64,000 nucleotides of DNA from Ruminococcus sp. (GCA_017620025.1 JAFZRF010000065.1:12414-76413), one strand, 5' to 3'; counted from the first letter of the stretch, positions 36,900 through 48,051 are shown. The notes: generated by a model not told the origin, from the sequence alone. Numbers and translations are program-made.

Positions 36900-38165
36900 A
36901 TGGGTATGACAATGACTCAGAAGATCCTTGCAGCTCATGCAGGGCTTGATCAGGTACAGGCGGGACAGCTTATACTCGTCTCCCTCGATCTCGTCCTCGG
37001 CAATGATATCACCTCACCGGTGGCTATCAGGGAATTTGCAAGGCTCGGCAAGGACAGCGTATTTGACAGAGACAAGGTCACAATGGTCATGGATCACTTT
37101 GCTCCGAACAAGGACATAAAGGCTGCGGAGCAGTGCAGGGTATGCCGTGATTTCTGCCGTGATATGGACATCACCCATTTCTACGATGTGGGTCAGATGG
37201 GCATAGAGCACGCCCTCATACCCGAAAAAGGTCTCGTCACTGCCGGAAACGCTGTTATCGGCGCTGACTCGCATACCTGTACCTACGGTGCTCTCGGAGC
37301 CTTTTCCACAGGCGTAGGCTCAACGGATATGGCCTTCGGCATGGCATCAGGCAAGGCATGGTTCAAGGTGCCGGCTGCTGTTAAGGTGATCCTCACCGGC
37401 AGCCTCAGGAAATACGTTTCCGGAAAGGATGTCATACTCAGTCTTATAGGAAGACTGGGCGTTGACGGAGCGCTTTACAAGTCGCTTGAGTTCACCGGAG
37501 AGGGGCTCAGTTCGCTCTCCATGGACGACAGGCTGTGTATAGCGAATATGGCCATTGAGGCCGGCGCAAAGAACGGCATCTTCGATGTCGATGATATCAC
37601 GCTCGATTACCTCCGCACTCACGGTGCCGCTGAACCGGTCATATACCGTGCCGACGAGGACGCAGTATACGATGACACGATAGAGATCGATCTCTCGCAG
37701 ATCGAACCGACAGTTGCCTTCCCGCACCTGCCGGAGAACGCCCGCACCTTTGACCGCATCGGCGATATACCCATAGATCAGGTAGTCATAGGCTCCTGCA
37801 CAAACGGCAGGCTCAGCGACCTCAAAGCTGCCGCTGAGATACTCCGTGGCAGAAAATGTGCACCCGGTGTGCGTGTTATAATAATCCCTGCCACACAGCA
37901 GATATACCTTGAAGCTATGGAGCTCGGGTACATCAGGGACTTCATCGAGGCCGGAGCTGCTGTGTCCACACCGACCTGCGGCCCCTGTCTCGGCGGACAC
38001 ATGGGCATACTCGCAGACGGAGAGAGAGCAGTCACCACGACCAACCGCAACTTCGTAGGACGCATGGGACATACCGGCTCTGAGGTCTATCTTGCAAGTC
38101 CGGCAACAGCCGCAGCAAGTGCTCTCACCGGAAGGATAACGAGCCCCTGGGAGGTAATGGAATGA
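36900..38165 (+). CDS. leuC: 3-isopropylmalate dehydratase large subunit
   Basis: [27 protein letters not shown]. Confidence 0.96.
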   Translation: MGMTMTQKILAAHAGLDQVQAGQLILVSLDLVLGNDITSPVAIREFARLGKDSVFDRDKVTMVMDHFAPNKDIKAAEQCRVCRDFCRDMDITHFYDVGQMGIEHALIPEKGLVTAGNAVIGADSHTCTYGALGAFSTGVGSTDMAFGMASGKAWFKVPAAVKVILTGSLRKYVSGKDVILSLIGRLGVDGALYKSLEFTGEGLSSLSMDDRLCIANMAIEAGAKNGIFDVDDITLDYLRTHGAAEPVIYRADEDAVYDDTIEIDLSQIEPTVAFPHLPENARTFDRIGDIPIDQVVIGSCTNGRLSDLKAAAEILRGRKCAPGVRVIIIPATQQIYLEAMELGYIRDFIEAGAAVSTPTCGPCLGGHMGILADGERAVTTTNRNFVGRMGHTGSEVYLASPATAAASALTGRITSPWEVME

Positions 38166-38656
38166 TATACAGAGGAAATGTTATAAAGTACGGCGACAAC
38201 GTTGATACAGACGTTATCATACCCGCCCGCTACCTCAATACCAGCGATCCGAAGGAGCTCGCCTCGCACTGCATGGAGGATATCGACAAGACCTTCACCG
38301 GAAGGGTACGCCCCGGCGATATAATGACGGCCGGATACAACTTCGGCTGCGGCTCCTCACGTGAGCACGCTCCGATAGCCATAAAGGAAAGCGGCATATC
38401 CCTCGTCATCGCAAAGAGCTTCGCCCGCATCTTCTACCGCAACGCCATAAACATCGGGCTTGCGATAGTGGAATGCCCGGAAGCTGCGGGTGAGATAAGC
38501 GAGGGTGATATGGTTGAGGCGGATATGGACAGCGGTATCATACGTGATATCACCACAGGGAAGGAATACCGCACAGAGCCCTTCCCGGAGTTCATACAGA
38601 AGATAATCGAAAACGGCGGGCTTATGCAGTCCGCTGCGAACGGCGCAATAGAATGA
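38162..38656 (+). CDS. leuD: 3-isopropylmalate dehydratase small subunit
   Basis: [27 protein letters not shown]. Confidence 0.96.
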   Translation: MIYRGNVIKYGDNVDTDVIIPARYLNTSDPKELASHCMEDIDKTFTGRVRPGDIMTAGYNFGCGSSREHAPIAIKESGISLVIAKSFARIFYRNAINIGLAIVECPEAAGEISEGDMVEADMDSGIIRDITTGKEYRTEPFPEFIQKIIENGGLMQSAANGAIE

Positions 38657-38666
38657 GGGCTGATAT

Positions 38667-39740
38667 ATGGAACTGAATATAGCATTACTCAGAGGCGACG
38701 GCATCGGTCCGGAGATAGTGGACAGCGCCGCTGCGGTACTGAAAAAGACAGCTGAGCGATTCGGACACAGTATACACTTCACGCCCTGCCTTATCGGCGG
38801 CGCCGCCTATGACGAGACCGGTGAGCCTCTGCCGAAGGAGACGGTTGACAAGTGTCTCGCTTCGGACAGCGTTCTCCTCGGAGCCGTCGGCGGCCCGAAG
38901 TGGGATGATCTGCCCGGAGACAAGAGACCGGAGAAGGCTCTCCTCGGGATACGCTCGGCACTCGGGCTGTACACCAATCTCCGTCCCGCAAAGCTCTGCA
39001 CCGCTCTCCGCTCGGCCTCACCGCTGAAGGACAATATAGTCGGTGACGGCTTCGACCTGCTCATCGTGCGTGAGCTGACAGGCGGCATATACTTCGGCGA
39101 CCGGGGATACCGTGAGGGCAGATACGGTCAGGAGGCCTATGATACGGAGGCCTACAGCGTAACCGAGATAGAGCGCATCGGAAGAGCCGCCTTTGAAGCC
39201 GCAATGAAGCGCAGAAAGTGCCTTTGCAGCGTGGACAAGGCAAACGTCCTCGAGACCTCAAGGCTCTGGAGAAAGACCATGCACGCTCTTGCGGAGGAAT
39301 ACCCGGAGGTCGGATACAGCGATATGTTCGTTGACAATGCCGCAATGCAGCTCGTGCGTGATCCTTCGCAGTTCGATGTCATAGTCACCTCGAATATGTT
39401 CGGGGATATACTTTCGGACGAGGCCTCGCAGATAACCGGCTCGATAGGTATGCTCGCATCCGCCTCCCTCGGAGACGGCACAAGAGGCCTGTACGAACCG
39501 ATACACGGCAGCGCTCCGGATATTGCCGGACAGAATAAGGCTAACCCGATAGCAACCATACTCTCCGCCGCCATGATGCTGCGCTATTCCTTCGGACTTT
39601 CCAAGGAGGCAGATGCGATAGAGTCAGCAGTGGACAGTGTGCTCGATGCCGGATACCGCACCGCAGATATCATAGGCGACAGCCCTTCCGCTCCCCTCAC
39701 CTGCTCGGAGATGACGGAAAAGATAATCAATGAACTTTAA
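38667..39740 (+). CDS. leuB: 3-isopropylmalate dehydrogenase
   Basis: [44 protein letters not shown]. Confidence 0.96.
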   Translation: MELNIALLRGDGIGPEIVDSAAAVLKKTAERFGHSIHFTPCLIGGAAYDETGEPLPKETVDKCLASDSVLLGAVGGPKWDDLPGDKRPEKALLGIRSALGLYTNLRPAKLCTALRSASPLKDNIVGDGFDLLIVRELTGGIYFGDRGYREGRYGQEAYDTEAYSVTEIERIGRAAFEAAMKRRKCLCSVDKANVLETSRLWRKTMHALAEEYPEVGYSDMFVDNAAMQLVRDPSQFDVIVTSNMFGDILSDEASQITGSIGMLASASLGDGTRGLYEPIHGSAPDIAGQNKANPIATILSAAMMLRYSFGLSKEADAIESAVDSVLDAGYRTADIIGDSPSAPLTCSEMTEKIINEL

Positions 39741-39758
39741 CATAAAGGAGAAACCATA

Positions 39759-40685
39759 ATGACAGTACGTGAATTACAGGACAAGATCCTGAAGCTGAAA
39801 AAAGAGACCAACACAGCTATCCTCGCTCACAGCTACCAGGCCCGTGAGATAGTTGAGATAGCGGATTTCACAGGCGACAGCTACAAGCTGAGCGTTGATG
39901 CCACAAAGACTGACGCAGACAATATCATCTTCTGCGGAGTACACTTCATGGCTGAGACAGCAAAGATGCTCTCACCTCAGAAGAGAGTATTCCTTGCAAA
40001 CCGTGAGGCAGGCTGCCCCATGGCAGAGCAGATGGACAGGGAGCTCATCTCACAGCTGCGTGAGGCAGAGCCCGACAGAACAGTCGTTGCCTACATCAAC
40101 ACCACCGCCTCACTCAAGACCGTATGCGATGTATGCGTCACATCCTCAAGCGCCCTGCGTATCGTAAAGGCTCTCGATGCTGACAAGCTCCTCTTCATCC
40201 CCGACTGCAACCTCGGAAGCTGGGTAAAGGCTCAGTGCCCGGAGAAGGATATAAAGCTCCTCAACGGAGGATGTCCCACCCACGCCGCAATAACGGCAAA
40301 GGAGGCGCTTGCCGCCAAGGAGGCTCATCCCGGCGCCCTCTTCCTTGTACATCCCGAATGCGTACCGGCTGTAGTGGAGCTTGCCGACTATGTAGGCTCT
40401 ACCAGCGGCATCATGGATTTTGCAAAGAAATCCGATGCGAAGGAATTCATCATCGGCACGGAGACATCTATTTCCGAGCATCTCCAGTATGACTGCCCGG
40501 ACAAGAAGTTCTGGCCTGTCACAAAGAATATCGTTTGCCGCAACATGAAGCTCACCACACTCCCCGATGTATACAACACCCTTGCCGGAATGGATAACGG
40601 TGAGGCATTCGAGATACTCATGGACGATGAGCTGATAGCATCCGCAAGACGCTGCATCGACGAGATGATCCGCCTCGGAGGCTGA
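39759..40685 (+). CDS. nadA: Quinolinate synthase
   Basis: LAHSYQ, GDS, CGVHFMAE, AGCPMA, YINT, GCPTH, HPEC, GST, CRNMK. Confidence 0.94.
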   Translation: MTVRELQDKILKLKKETNTAILAHSYQAREIVEIADFTGDSYKLSVDATKTDADNIIFCGVHFMAETAKMLSPQKRVFLANREAGCPMAEQMDRELISQLREAEPDRTVVAYINTTASLKTVCDVCVTSSSALRIVKALDADKLLFIPDCNLGSWVKAQCPEKDIKLLNGGCPTHAAITAKEALAAKEAHPGALFLVHPECVPAVVELADYVGSTSGIMDFAKKSDAKEFIIGTETSISEHLQYDCPDKKFWPVTKNIVCRNMKLTTLPDVYNTLAGMDNGEAFEILMDDELIASARRCIDEMIRLGG

Positions 40686-40686
40686 G

Positions 40687-41760
40687 ATGACGGATATCAT
40701 AGAAAAGCTCTTCCGCACCGGTGACCTCACCGACGGCGAGCTTGAAGCACTTATAGAGACCGAAGACACAGAGGCAGCTGCTCTGCTGAGAGAGCGTGCC
40801 GATCAGGTAAGGCGTGAGAGCTACGGCGACAAGGTCTTCCTGAGAGGACTCATCGAGATATCGAGCTTCTGCCGCAACGACTGCCTCTACTGCGGTATAC
40901 GCCGCAGCAACAAGGACGCAGAGCGCTACAGGCTCTCGCCGGAGGATATACTCGCCTGTGCGGACGAGGGCTACAGGCTCGGTTTCCGCACCTTCGTCAT
41001 GCAGGGCGGCGAGGACGCCTTCTTCACGGACAGCATACTCTGCGGCCTTATACGTGAGATAAAGCAGAGACACCCGGACTGCGCCGTTACGCTCTCTCTC
41101 GGGGAGCGCAGTGAGGAGAGCTACAGGCTCCTGCGTGAGGCAGGCGCTGACAGATACCTCCTCAGGCATGAGGCGGCTTCCGATGAGCTTTACGGCAAGC
41201 TGCATCCGGCGGAGATGAGCCTTGCAAAGCGAAAGGAATGTCTCTTCACACTGAAACGTCTCGGCTATCAGGTCGGAGCAGGCTTCATGGTAGGCGCACC
41301 GTATCAGACCACGAAGCATATCATCGAAGACCTGCGCTTCTTACAGGAGCTGCAGCCGCAGATGATAGGCATAGGTCCCTTCGTACCGCATCACAATACC
41401 CCATTTGCAGACGAAAAGGGCGGCACCCTCGGGCTGACGCTGAGACTGCTCGGCATACTCCGTCTGATGTTCCCGAAGGTGCTGCTGCCGGCAACTACGG
41501 CACTCGGCACCATATCCCCCACCGGACGTGAGCAGGGTCTGAAAACGGGCTGCAACGTAGTAATGCCGAACCTCTCGCCTGTGAGCGTGAGAAAAAAATA
41601 CGACCTCTACGACAATAAGATATGCACCGGTGAGGAGGCTGCCGAATGCAGAGGCTGTCTCCAGCGCCGCATCGAATCAGCCGGATACTCCGTCGCACAG
41701 GAACGCGGAGATGCCGCCGGCTTCTTTACAGGTAACGACGACCAAAGGAGAAACACATGA
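40687..41760 (+). CDS. hydE: [FeFe]-hydrogenase maturase, radical SAM
   Basis: RGLIEIS, CRNDCLYC, LLRHE, GIGPFVPH, PATTA, NVVMPN, YDLYDNK. Confidence 0.85.
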   Translation: MTDIIEKLFRTGDLTDGELEALIETEDTEAAALLRERADQVRRESYGDKVFLRGLIEISSFCRNDCLYCGIRRSNKDAERYRLSPEDILACADEGYRLGFRTFVMQGGEDAFFTDSILCGLIREIKQRHPDCAVTLSLGERSEESYRLLREAGADRYLLRHEAASDELYGKLHPAEMSLAKRKECLFTLKRLGYQVGAGFMVGAPYQTTKHIIEDLRFLQELQPQMIGIGPFVPHHNTPFADEKGGTLGLTLRLLGILRLMFPKVLLPATTALGTISPTGREQGLKTGCNVVMPNLSPVSVRKKYDLYDNKICTGEEAAECRGCLQRRIESAGYSVAQERGDAAGFFTGNDDQRRNT

Positions 41761-42695
41761 GAGTAAGATTCCATCTTCCCGACTTTTCGGGCAACTTCAA
41801 AACAAACCTTATGTTCGCAGAGATGCTCAGGGCACGTCCTGACTTCTTCCGTGAGGGCGTTGAGATAGCCTCATTCTACGGCGTATTCCCTCCGGCTATA
41901 TGGAACGGCGGAAGAACGCAGGGCGGAGTCGTTGACAAGCAGTACGTCAAGACCGTCATAAAGGCCTTCAACGACCGCGGCATTCCGCTGCGATTCACCT
42001 TCACCAACCCGGTGCTGGAGAAGAAGCACCTCAACGACGATTTCTGCAACATGATACTTAACCTCGCCAACAACGGTCTCAACGAGGCTATCGTATTCTC
42101 ACCGCTGCTCGAGAGCTACATCCGCAAGAACTTCCCGAAGTACAAGCTGACAAGCTCGACCTGCAAGCGCATCACCGACCCGGAGGCGCTCAAGGAGGAG
42201 CTTGCAAAGGATTACTCCATCGTGGTAATCGACTACGACTTCAACAACAACTTCGAGGTGCTCGAGACTCTCCCCCGCAAGGCAGACTGCGAGCTGCTCG
42301 TTAATGCCTGCTGTGAGCCGAACTGCCCGAGGCGTTCCGCTCATTACCGCTCCATCGGAGAGCAGCAGATTGCCTATAACGAGCATATAAAGAAGTACCC
42401 GAACCTGCCCTTCAACGTGGAGAAATACGACCCCGACCACTTCCGTGACTGCCCCTTCTCAAAGCGCGGCATCTTCGAGATAAAGAATCTCCGCACACAT
42501 ATCTCTCCGGACGATATCTGGGAGAAGTACGTACCTATGGGCTTTGAGCAGTTCAAGATAGAGGGACGTACCGCAAGCCCGCTCAATATCATCGAGACCT
42601 ATATGTACTACATGGCCAAGCCCGAGCTCAGGGATCAGGCACGCTTTACCTTCCTCAAGCTCATGGAGGATTCCGGAGCGCTGAAATTCATATAA
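41757..42695 (+). CDS. Hypothetical Cys-rich protein, distantly U32-family-like
   Basis: ATGA overlap with hydE; LLVNACCEPNC; FKIEGR resembles the U32 LKIEGR motif. Confidence 0.6.
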   Translation: MRVRFHLPDFSGNFKTNLMFAEMLRARPDFFREGVEIASFYGVFPPAIWNGGRTQGGVVDKQYVKTVIKAFNDRGIPLRFTFTNPVLEKKHLNDDFCNMILNLANNGLNEAIVFSPLLESYIRKNFPKYKLTSSTCKRITDPEALKEELAKDYSIVVIDYDFNNNFEVLETLPRKADCELLVNACCEPNCPRRSAHYRSIGEQQIAYNEHIKKYPNLPFNVEKYDPDHFRDCPFSKRGIFEIKNLRTHISPDDIWEKYVPMGFEQFKIEGRTASPLNIIETYMYYMAKPELRDQARFTFLKLMEDSGALKFI

Positions 42696-42881
42696 TGCTG
42701 CAAAAAGCCATAGCGGTCATGCACTCCGCTGTGGCTTTTCTCTTCGCAATAATCGGTCAGAAAGGCATAATTTGACCACCAATGACTTGACTTTTCTGTT
42801 GGAATAGTTTAAAATGAAAAGTAGTATACACGAGGGACGCAGCATCAGACGCTGCGAATAACATGAGAGGAGAAGTGTACT

Positions 42882-45320
42882 ATGATAAAGAAAATCATAT
42901 CGGGAGCGCTTTCAGCCGCCGTGCTGGCCGCTTCCGTGGGAGCAACCCCGGTCGTTCCCGCTAATGCCGCCGGCGCTTATAACTACGCCGAAGCCTTACA
43001 GATGTCGCTCTATTTCTACGAATGCCAGCAGGCAGGCCCCCTGCCGTCCTGGAACCGTGTAGAGTGGAGAGGCGATTCCACCATGATCGACGAGATCAAG
43101 GGCGGATGGTACGATGCAGGTGACCACGTTAAGTTCAACCTGCCCATGTCCTACTCCGCTGCTATGCTCGCCTGGGGACTTTATCAGTATCCCGGCGGTG
43201 TGGAGCAGTCAGGAGAATTACAGAACTATGTAAACAACCTCGAGTTCGTACTCGATTACCTTGCTGCCTGTGATCTCGGTACAGAGGCTGTATTCCAGGT
43301 CGGCAACGGTACAGTAGACCATACCTGGTGGGGACCTGTTGAGGTATACCAGTACGGTATGGAAGACGCAGGCACCTCATACGCTTCAGCACGTACTACT
43401 CTGAAGGCATCAAAGGGATGCTCCTGCGTATTCGGCGGAATGGCCGCTGCTCTGGCAGCCGGAAGCCTTGCACTCGACGGCAGGATCGACAGCTCCAAGA
43501 CAAAGGACTATCTCGCTCACGCCGAGAACCTGTTCAAGCTTGCCGATGCCTCAAAGAGCGATGATGTATACAACGACAGCAACGCTTCGGGCTTCTACCG
43601 TTCAAGCCACTTCTACGACGAGCTGTTCTGGTCCGCAAACTGGCTCTACATGGCCACCAAGGACAGCAGCTACCTCGACAAGGCAAAGTCCTATATCCCG
43701 CACCTCGATAAGGAGCTTGGCTCAGATGAGCTGAAGTATACCTGGTGCCAGTGCTGGGACGATACAATGCAGGGCGGTATGCTGCTCTACGCTCAGAACT
43801 CACAGGATGCCACATATATTGCCCGTGCAGAAAAGCACGTCAACTATCTTATAAACACCATCAAGAAGATGGACGGCAAGGTAGCCTACGTTGACAGCTG
43901 GGGCTGCCTCAGATATGCTGAGACCGCCGGCTTCATGGTTGCCGTAGCTTCAGATACCATCCTCAAGGACAAGGATACTTCCGCCGCAGAGCAGTTCTAT
44001 GAGAACCAGATCAATTACGCTCTCGGTGACAACCCGCTCAAGCAGAGCTACGTTGTAGGCTTCGGCGAGAAGTCTGCTCATAACGCACACCACAGAGGTG
44101 CTCACGGTTCATGGAAGAACGATATCTATACTCCCACACAGAACCGCCACACACTCTACGGCGCTCTCGTAGGCGGCCCCGCTGAGGACGGCTCCTACGT
44201 TGACGACAGAAACAACTACATCAACAACGAGGTAGCTACCGACTACAACGCCGGATTCACAGCTCTCCTCTGCAAGATGATCGACAAGTACGGCGGAACA
44301 TCCGATCCGTCATTCCCGCCCAAGGAGGATCACGGCGGTCCTGAGTTCTATGTAGAAGTACAGGCCAAGACAGGCGATGCCTCCGGTCAGACAGTAAGCT
44401 GCAAGCTCACCAACCACTCCGCATGGCCGGCAAGAGTACAGGACAACCTTTCCTTCCGCTACTACATGGATCTCAGCGAGGTAAAGGCTGCCGGCAAGAA
44501 CCCTGAGGACGTTGTTATCCGCTGCGACAGAAACCAGTCTGAGATGTACGCTGCAAACGGAGTTACTCCCGCAACCATTTCCAAGATCACTCACTACGAC
44601 GGCGATATCTACTATGTAGAAGTAACCTTCCCGGACGGAAGAGCCTGCCTCCCCGTATCCGAGGGTATGCAGCAGTGTGAGATACTCCTCGCACTCGTTA
44701 TGCCTGATTACGGCAGCGGCTGGGATTCCTCAAACGATCCTTCCTTCAAGACTCTCTCCACTGCAAAGGGTGAGACTGACAAGGACGGCGTAGTTCACGG
44801 CATAGTAAGCAAGTACGTTCCTGTATATATCGACGGCAAGCTCTACTACGGCGAAGAGCCCGACGGCACATCAGCCGCAGGCGATCTCTCAGTAAAGGAG
44901 ATCCCGAGAGACCCCAACAGCCAGCCTTCCACAAAGCCCGTTACTCAGCCCGTGACAGAGCCTGAGACAGTTGCTACAACAACTACAACAGCTCCTGCAA
45001 CTGAGGCTCCTGTTACAACAACAGAGGGCATCTATGCTCAGCCCCCCACAGATGAACCCGTCAGTTCAGCTCCTGGCGGCTCTGGCACTCCTGACGGTGC
45101 TTTTTACGGTGACGCTAATTGCGACAAAAAGATAAATGTTTCCGATGCTGTTGCAGTGCTCCAGTTCATCGCAAACCAGTCCAAGTATCCTCTTACCGAC
45201 GAAGGCCGTATCAATGCTGATATCGACGGCTCCGACGGCATCACAGGTTCTGACGCTATCACCATCCAGCAGGTAGATGCCGGTCTGGTAAAGCAGGCAG
45301 ATCTTCCTCTTAAGAAATAA
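42882..45320 (+). CDS. Cellulosomal GH9 endoglucanase (GH9-CBM3-linker-dockerin)
   Basis: GGWYDAGDHVKF, HHR, YVDDR..NEVATDYNA; CBM3c-like NHSAWPAR..FRYYMDLSE; Thr/Pro linker; dockerin. Confidence 0.95.
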   Translation: MIKKIISGALSAAVLAASVGATPVVPANAAGAYNYAEALQMSLYFYECQQAGPLPSWNRVEWRGDSTMIDEIKGGWYDAGDHVKFNLPMSYSAAMLAWGLYQYPGGVEQSGELQNYVNNLEFVLDYLAACDLGTEAVFQVGNGTVDHTWWGPVEVYQYGMEDAGTSYASARTTLKASKGCSCVFGGMAAALAAGSLALDGRIDSSKTKDYLAHAENLFKLADASKSDDVYNDSNASGFYRSSHFYDELFWSANWLYMATKDSSYLDKAKSYIPHLDKELGSDELKYTWCQCWDDTMQGGMLLYAQNSQDATYIARAEKHVNYLINTIKKMDGKVAYVDSWGCLRYAETAGFMVAVASDTILKDKDTSAAEQFYENQINYALGDNPLKQSYVVGFGEKSAHNAHHRGAHGSWKNDIYTPTQNRHTLYGALVGGPAEDGSYVDDRNNYINNEVATDYNAGFTALLCKMIDKYGGTSDPSFPPKEDHGGPEFYVEVQAKTGDASGQTVSCKLTNHSAWPARVQDNLSFRYYMDLSEVKAAGKNPEDVVIRCDRNQSEMYAANGVTPATISKITHYDGDIYYVEVTFPDGRACLPVSEGMQQCEILLALVMPDYGSGWDSSNDPSFKTLSTAKGETDKDGVVHGIVSKYVPVYIDGKLYYGEEPDGTSAAGDLSVKEIPRDPNSQPSTKPVTQPVTEPETVATTTTTAPATEAPVTTTEGIYAQPPTDEPVSSAPGGSGTPDGAFYGDANCDKKINVSDAVAVLQFIANQSKYPLTDEGRINADIDGSDGITGSDAITIQQVDAGLVKQADLPLKK

Positions 45321-45327
45321 TCACTCA

Positions 45328-45354
45328 GGGCGGACTTCACAGTCCGCCCTTTTT
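45328..45354 (+). terminator. Intrinsic terminator of the GH9 gene
   Basis: GGGCGGACT-TCAC-AGTCCGCCC-TTTTT. Confidence 0.85.
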
Positions 45355-45360
45355 ATAGGT

Positions 45361-45503
45361 CGGGGCGCAGAGTGTGCGCCCCTACTCAGATACGGCAATT
45401 AAACCGCAGCGGCGGTGCGCTGCGGGCATCGCACCCTACACATTAAATACATCGCCTTCCGGCGATACCTTGATTCCGCATCCCGGATTCCGAATCCCGG
45501 ATT
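45361..45503 (-). repeat. Two GTAG-REP palindromes, mini-hairpin and heptamer run
   Basis: Minus strand GTAGGGGCGCACACTCTGCGCCCCG (45385-45361) and GTAGGGTGCGATGCCCGCAGCGCACCG (45439-45413); GGTATCGCC-GGAA-GGCGATG; AT(T/C)CC(G) heptamers. Confidence 0.75.
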
Positions 45504-46590
45504 TCCCCGCGCCCCATTCCCGCATAACCATTACCGACATAAGTATCAGCATGACGGACGGCACGACGGAATCGGCACGGTGTACCGCTCCGGCAACGGA
45601 TACGGTGACCGTCTCGCCTGCCATGAGAAACGGCAGAAGCGCCCGACAGATGAAGTAACTGAGAGCTGCCGCCGCCGCACGCATCAGCACCACCGGCAGC
45701 AGCGGTATCTCACCGCCCGAGACCGCCCCGAGCTGGAAGAATACACATACTCCCCCGAAGGAGACCAGCGCAGTCACCGCAGGCAGGAGAGTATGATCGC
45801 CGTGCGGGAGTGAGCCCGCCGCAGTAATATCAAGGAAGGCAGCCGTCAGGGCTGCCGTTTCTCTGTGCGGACGTCCGCTGAGCGCTGTAAGCATATCCGA
45901 GACAGCGCCTGTAAAGCCAAGAGAGCCGAGCATCGCTGTGATGACGGCGAACGCCAGCACTGTAAAACAGAGCTGAGCCATTGAGCGGCCGGCGCTGCTC
46001 ACAGCCTCGGTCAGGAGTGCTGGCTCGAAGCGTGTATGTACCGGGGCTGTGTTTTCCTCCGGCCTGAGTCTCCGTGTTACCGGAGAGAGCAGCAGGGCAA
46101 GGAGCACATTCCCACCCGCCGCAGATATCATGATGAGTCTTCCGGCAGCGGATGAGCCGTATAGCTGCGCCGATATGCAGCCGTACACGAATGCCGGTCC
46201 AGCCCCGAAGCATAATCCCGCAAGCAGTGACGCCCGCCTGCACGAGAGCCTGCCGGCGGAATACTCCGCCGATATCAGCTTCATACCGACCGGATATCCG
46301 GCGAACATACTGAATGTGAACACAGGGATCATACTGCTCTCAAAGCCGAACAGCAGCCTGCCCGGCAGAGTCATCCACCCCGGCAGCCGTGATGCCGCCC
46401 GCAGAAAACCGCTCTCCGTAAGCAGATATGCTGCCGCCATCATCGCAAACAGTGAAGGGATCAGCGTATCAAGGCATCTGCCAAGCGCCGCCGATACTGC
46501 CGCCCTTGTCTGTCCGGGCTCAGCAAGGCAGTAGAGCGCCGATGCGGCGATAATAATCGCCCCTGCTGCGTTTCTTGTCTTTTCTTTCAT
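45436..46590 (-). CDS. YlbJ-like sporulation integral membrane protein
   Basis: LIPSLF, AGYPVG, GPAFV, SFGGVCV; many TM helices; divergent from yqfC. Confidence 0.75.
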   Translation of the reverse strand: MKEKTRNAAGAIIIAASALYCLAEPGQTRAAVSAALGRCLDTLIPSLFAMMAAAYLLTESGFLRAASRLPGWMTLPGRLLFGFESSMIPVFTFSMFAGYPVGMKLISAEYSAGRLSCRRASLLAGLCFGAGPAFVYGCISAQLYGSSAAGRLIMISAAGGNVLLALLLSPVTRRLRPEENTAPVHTRFEPALLTEAVSSAGRSMAQLCFTVLAFAVITAMLGSLGFTGAVSDMLTALSGRPHRETAALTAAFLDITAAGSLPHGDHTLLPAVTALVSFGGVCVFFQLGAVSGGEIPLLPVVLMRAAAAALSYFICRALLPFLMAGETVTVSVAGAVHRADSVVPSVMLILMSVMVMREWGAGKSGIRNPGCGIKVSPEGDVFNV

Positions 46591-46631
46591 ATCTCCCACC
46601 CCCTTCATCATATTATTACCGGGAGAGTGAT

Positions 46632-46934
46632 ATGATGCTTGATAATTTCGTAAGCCGTGCCCGGCAGGTGCTCTACCTCGACTCAGGCCTGCATCTTGAG
46701 GGCAACCGTGAGATGTTTATTGAGAACTGCTCACGGATAGAGGAATACAACGAGGTCTTCATGCGGCTGATAGCCGGAGGGCTGTGCATACAGATATGGG
46801 GCAGCGACCTGCGTGCCTACGACTACGCAACCGGAGGGCTTATCATACGCGGCAGGATCGCTCAGATAGAACTGACGGAGGGAGGGATAAGGCATGAGGG
46901 AGCTGCTGAGAGGCTGCGTGAGGATAGAGGCTGA
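46632..46934 (+). CDS. yqfC: YabP/YqfC-family sporulation protein
   Basis: GNREMFIENC..IEEY, I.G.DL, IRGRI; precedes yqfD; sigma-E-like ATA-17-CATATTAT at 46589-46616. Confidence 0.75.
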   Translation: MMLDNFVSRARQVLYLDSGLHLEGNREMFIENCSRIEEYNEVFMRLIAGGLCIQIWGSDLRAYDYATGGLIIRGRIAQIELTEGGIRHEGAAERLREDRG

Positions 46935-48051
46935 GGGCAGAGAACTATACCGCTTCATTAATGCCGCACACAGCCGTGGTATGCGCTGCACCGGACAGTA
47001 TATCAGCAGCGGCAGGCTCTCGGGTGAGATAGACCGCAGAGATCTCGAAGTCTTCCGCACTCTTGCGGAGGAATACCGCATAGAGCTGAAATGCACCGAA
47101 CGGGCTACTCTCTCCTCATGGCTCAGGCGCCGGAAAAAGCGTATCGGACTGCTTGCCGGAGCGATTATTGCAGCAGCGGCTGTACTCTGCTGCTTCTCTG
47201 TGATAACGGAGATCGAGATAGAAGGAAACAAGCGCATCAGCGACGGAACTATACTCGCCGCCCTTGAAGAAACAGGGGTAAGGCGGGGCGCTCTTATCCG
47301 CGGGATAGACTTCGTACACTGTGAGAATCTGCTTCAGCTCAACGTGGAGGGCATCTCATGGGTGGGAATACACCGCACAGGCAGCCGCATCGTGGTGGAG
47401 GTGACGGAGATGGTGGAAAAGCCGGATATGGTGCTTGACCGAATCCCCTGCAATGTTGTTGCCGCACACAGCGCAAGGCTCAGCTCGGTATCCGTACTCA
47501 GCGGAAAGCAGATGCACATTGCCGGAGACTATGTGCCGGAGGGTGCTCTGCTCATCTCCGGTGTCGTGACCGATGAGGCCGGGCATACCTCCCTGTATCA
47601 CGCCATGGGCAGTATAACAGGCACCTACAGCGAGAACGTTACCTTTACCGCTCCTGAGGAGACGGCGGAATGGCTGCCGACCGGACGGGAGAGCACAAGG
47701 AAAAAGCTGCGGCTCTTCGGGCTGGAGATACCCCTCTCACCGAAGCCGGAGGACTTTGAAAGCTGCACCGCGGAGACCGCCGAGGATATGCTAACCGTCT
47801 CCGGAAGGGCGCTGCCCGTGGGCATCATCACCGAGCGCCGCACCGAGACAACCCTGACCGCCCGCAGGTACACTCCGGAGGAACAGCAGGACATACTTAT
47901 GCAGAAGATATTCATTTATGAGAAGAATTTCCTCTCCGGAGACACGGAGATACTCAGCCGCGAAATACCGGTGATAAACGGAGACACAGTGACCGTGAAG
48001 TATACCCTCAGCGGGGATATATGTGAGACAAGGGAAGTGCTCGCAAAATAA
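46894..48051 (+). CDS. yqfD: Sporulation protein YqfD
   Basis: RFIN, one TM, IEIEGN, ISWVGI, PCNVVA, GDYV..G.LLISG, HAMG. Confidence 0.85.
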   Translation: MRELLRGCVRIEAEGRELYRFINAAHSRGMRCTGQYISSGRLSGEIDRRDLEVFRTLAEEYRIELKCTERATLSSWLRRRKKRIGLLAGAIIAAAAVLCCFSVITEIEIEGNKRISDGTILAALEETGVRRGALIRGIDFVHCENLLQLNVEGISWVGIHRTGSRIVVEVTEMVEKPDMVLDRIPCNVVAAHSARLSSVSVLSGKQMHIAGDYVPEGALLISGVVTDEAGHTSLYHAMGSITGTYSENVTFTAPEETAEWLPTGRESTRKKLRLFGLEIPLSPKPEDFESCTAETAEDMLTVSGRALPVGIITERRTETTLTARRYTPEEQQDILMQKIFIYEKNFLSGDTEILSREIPVINGDTVTVKYTLSGDICETREVLAK

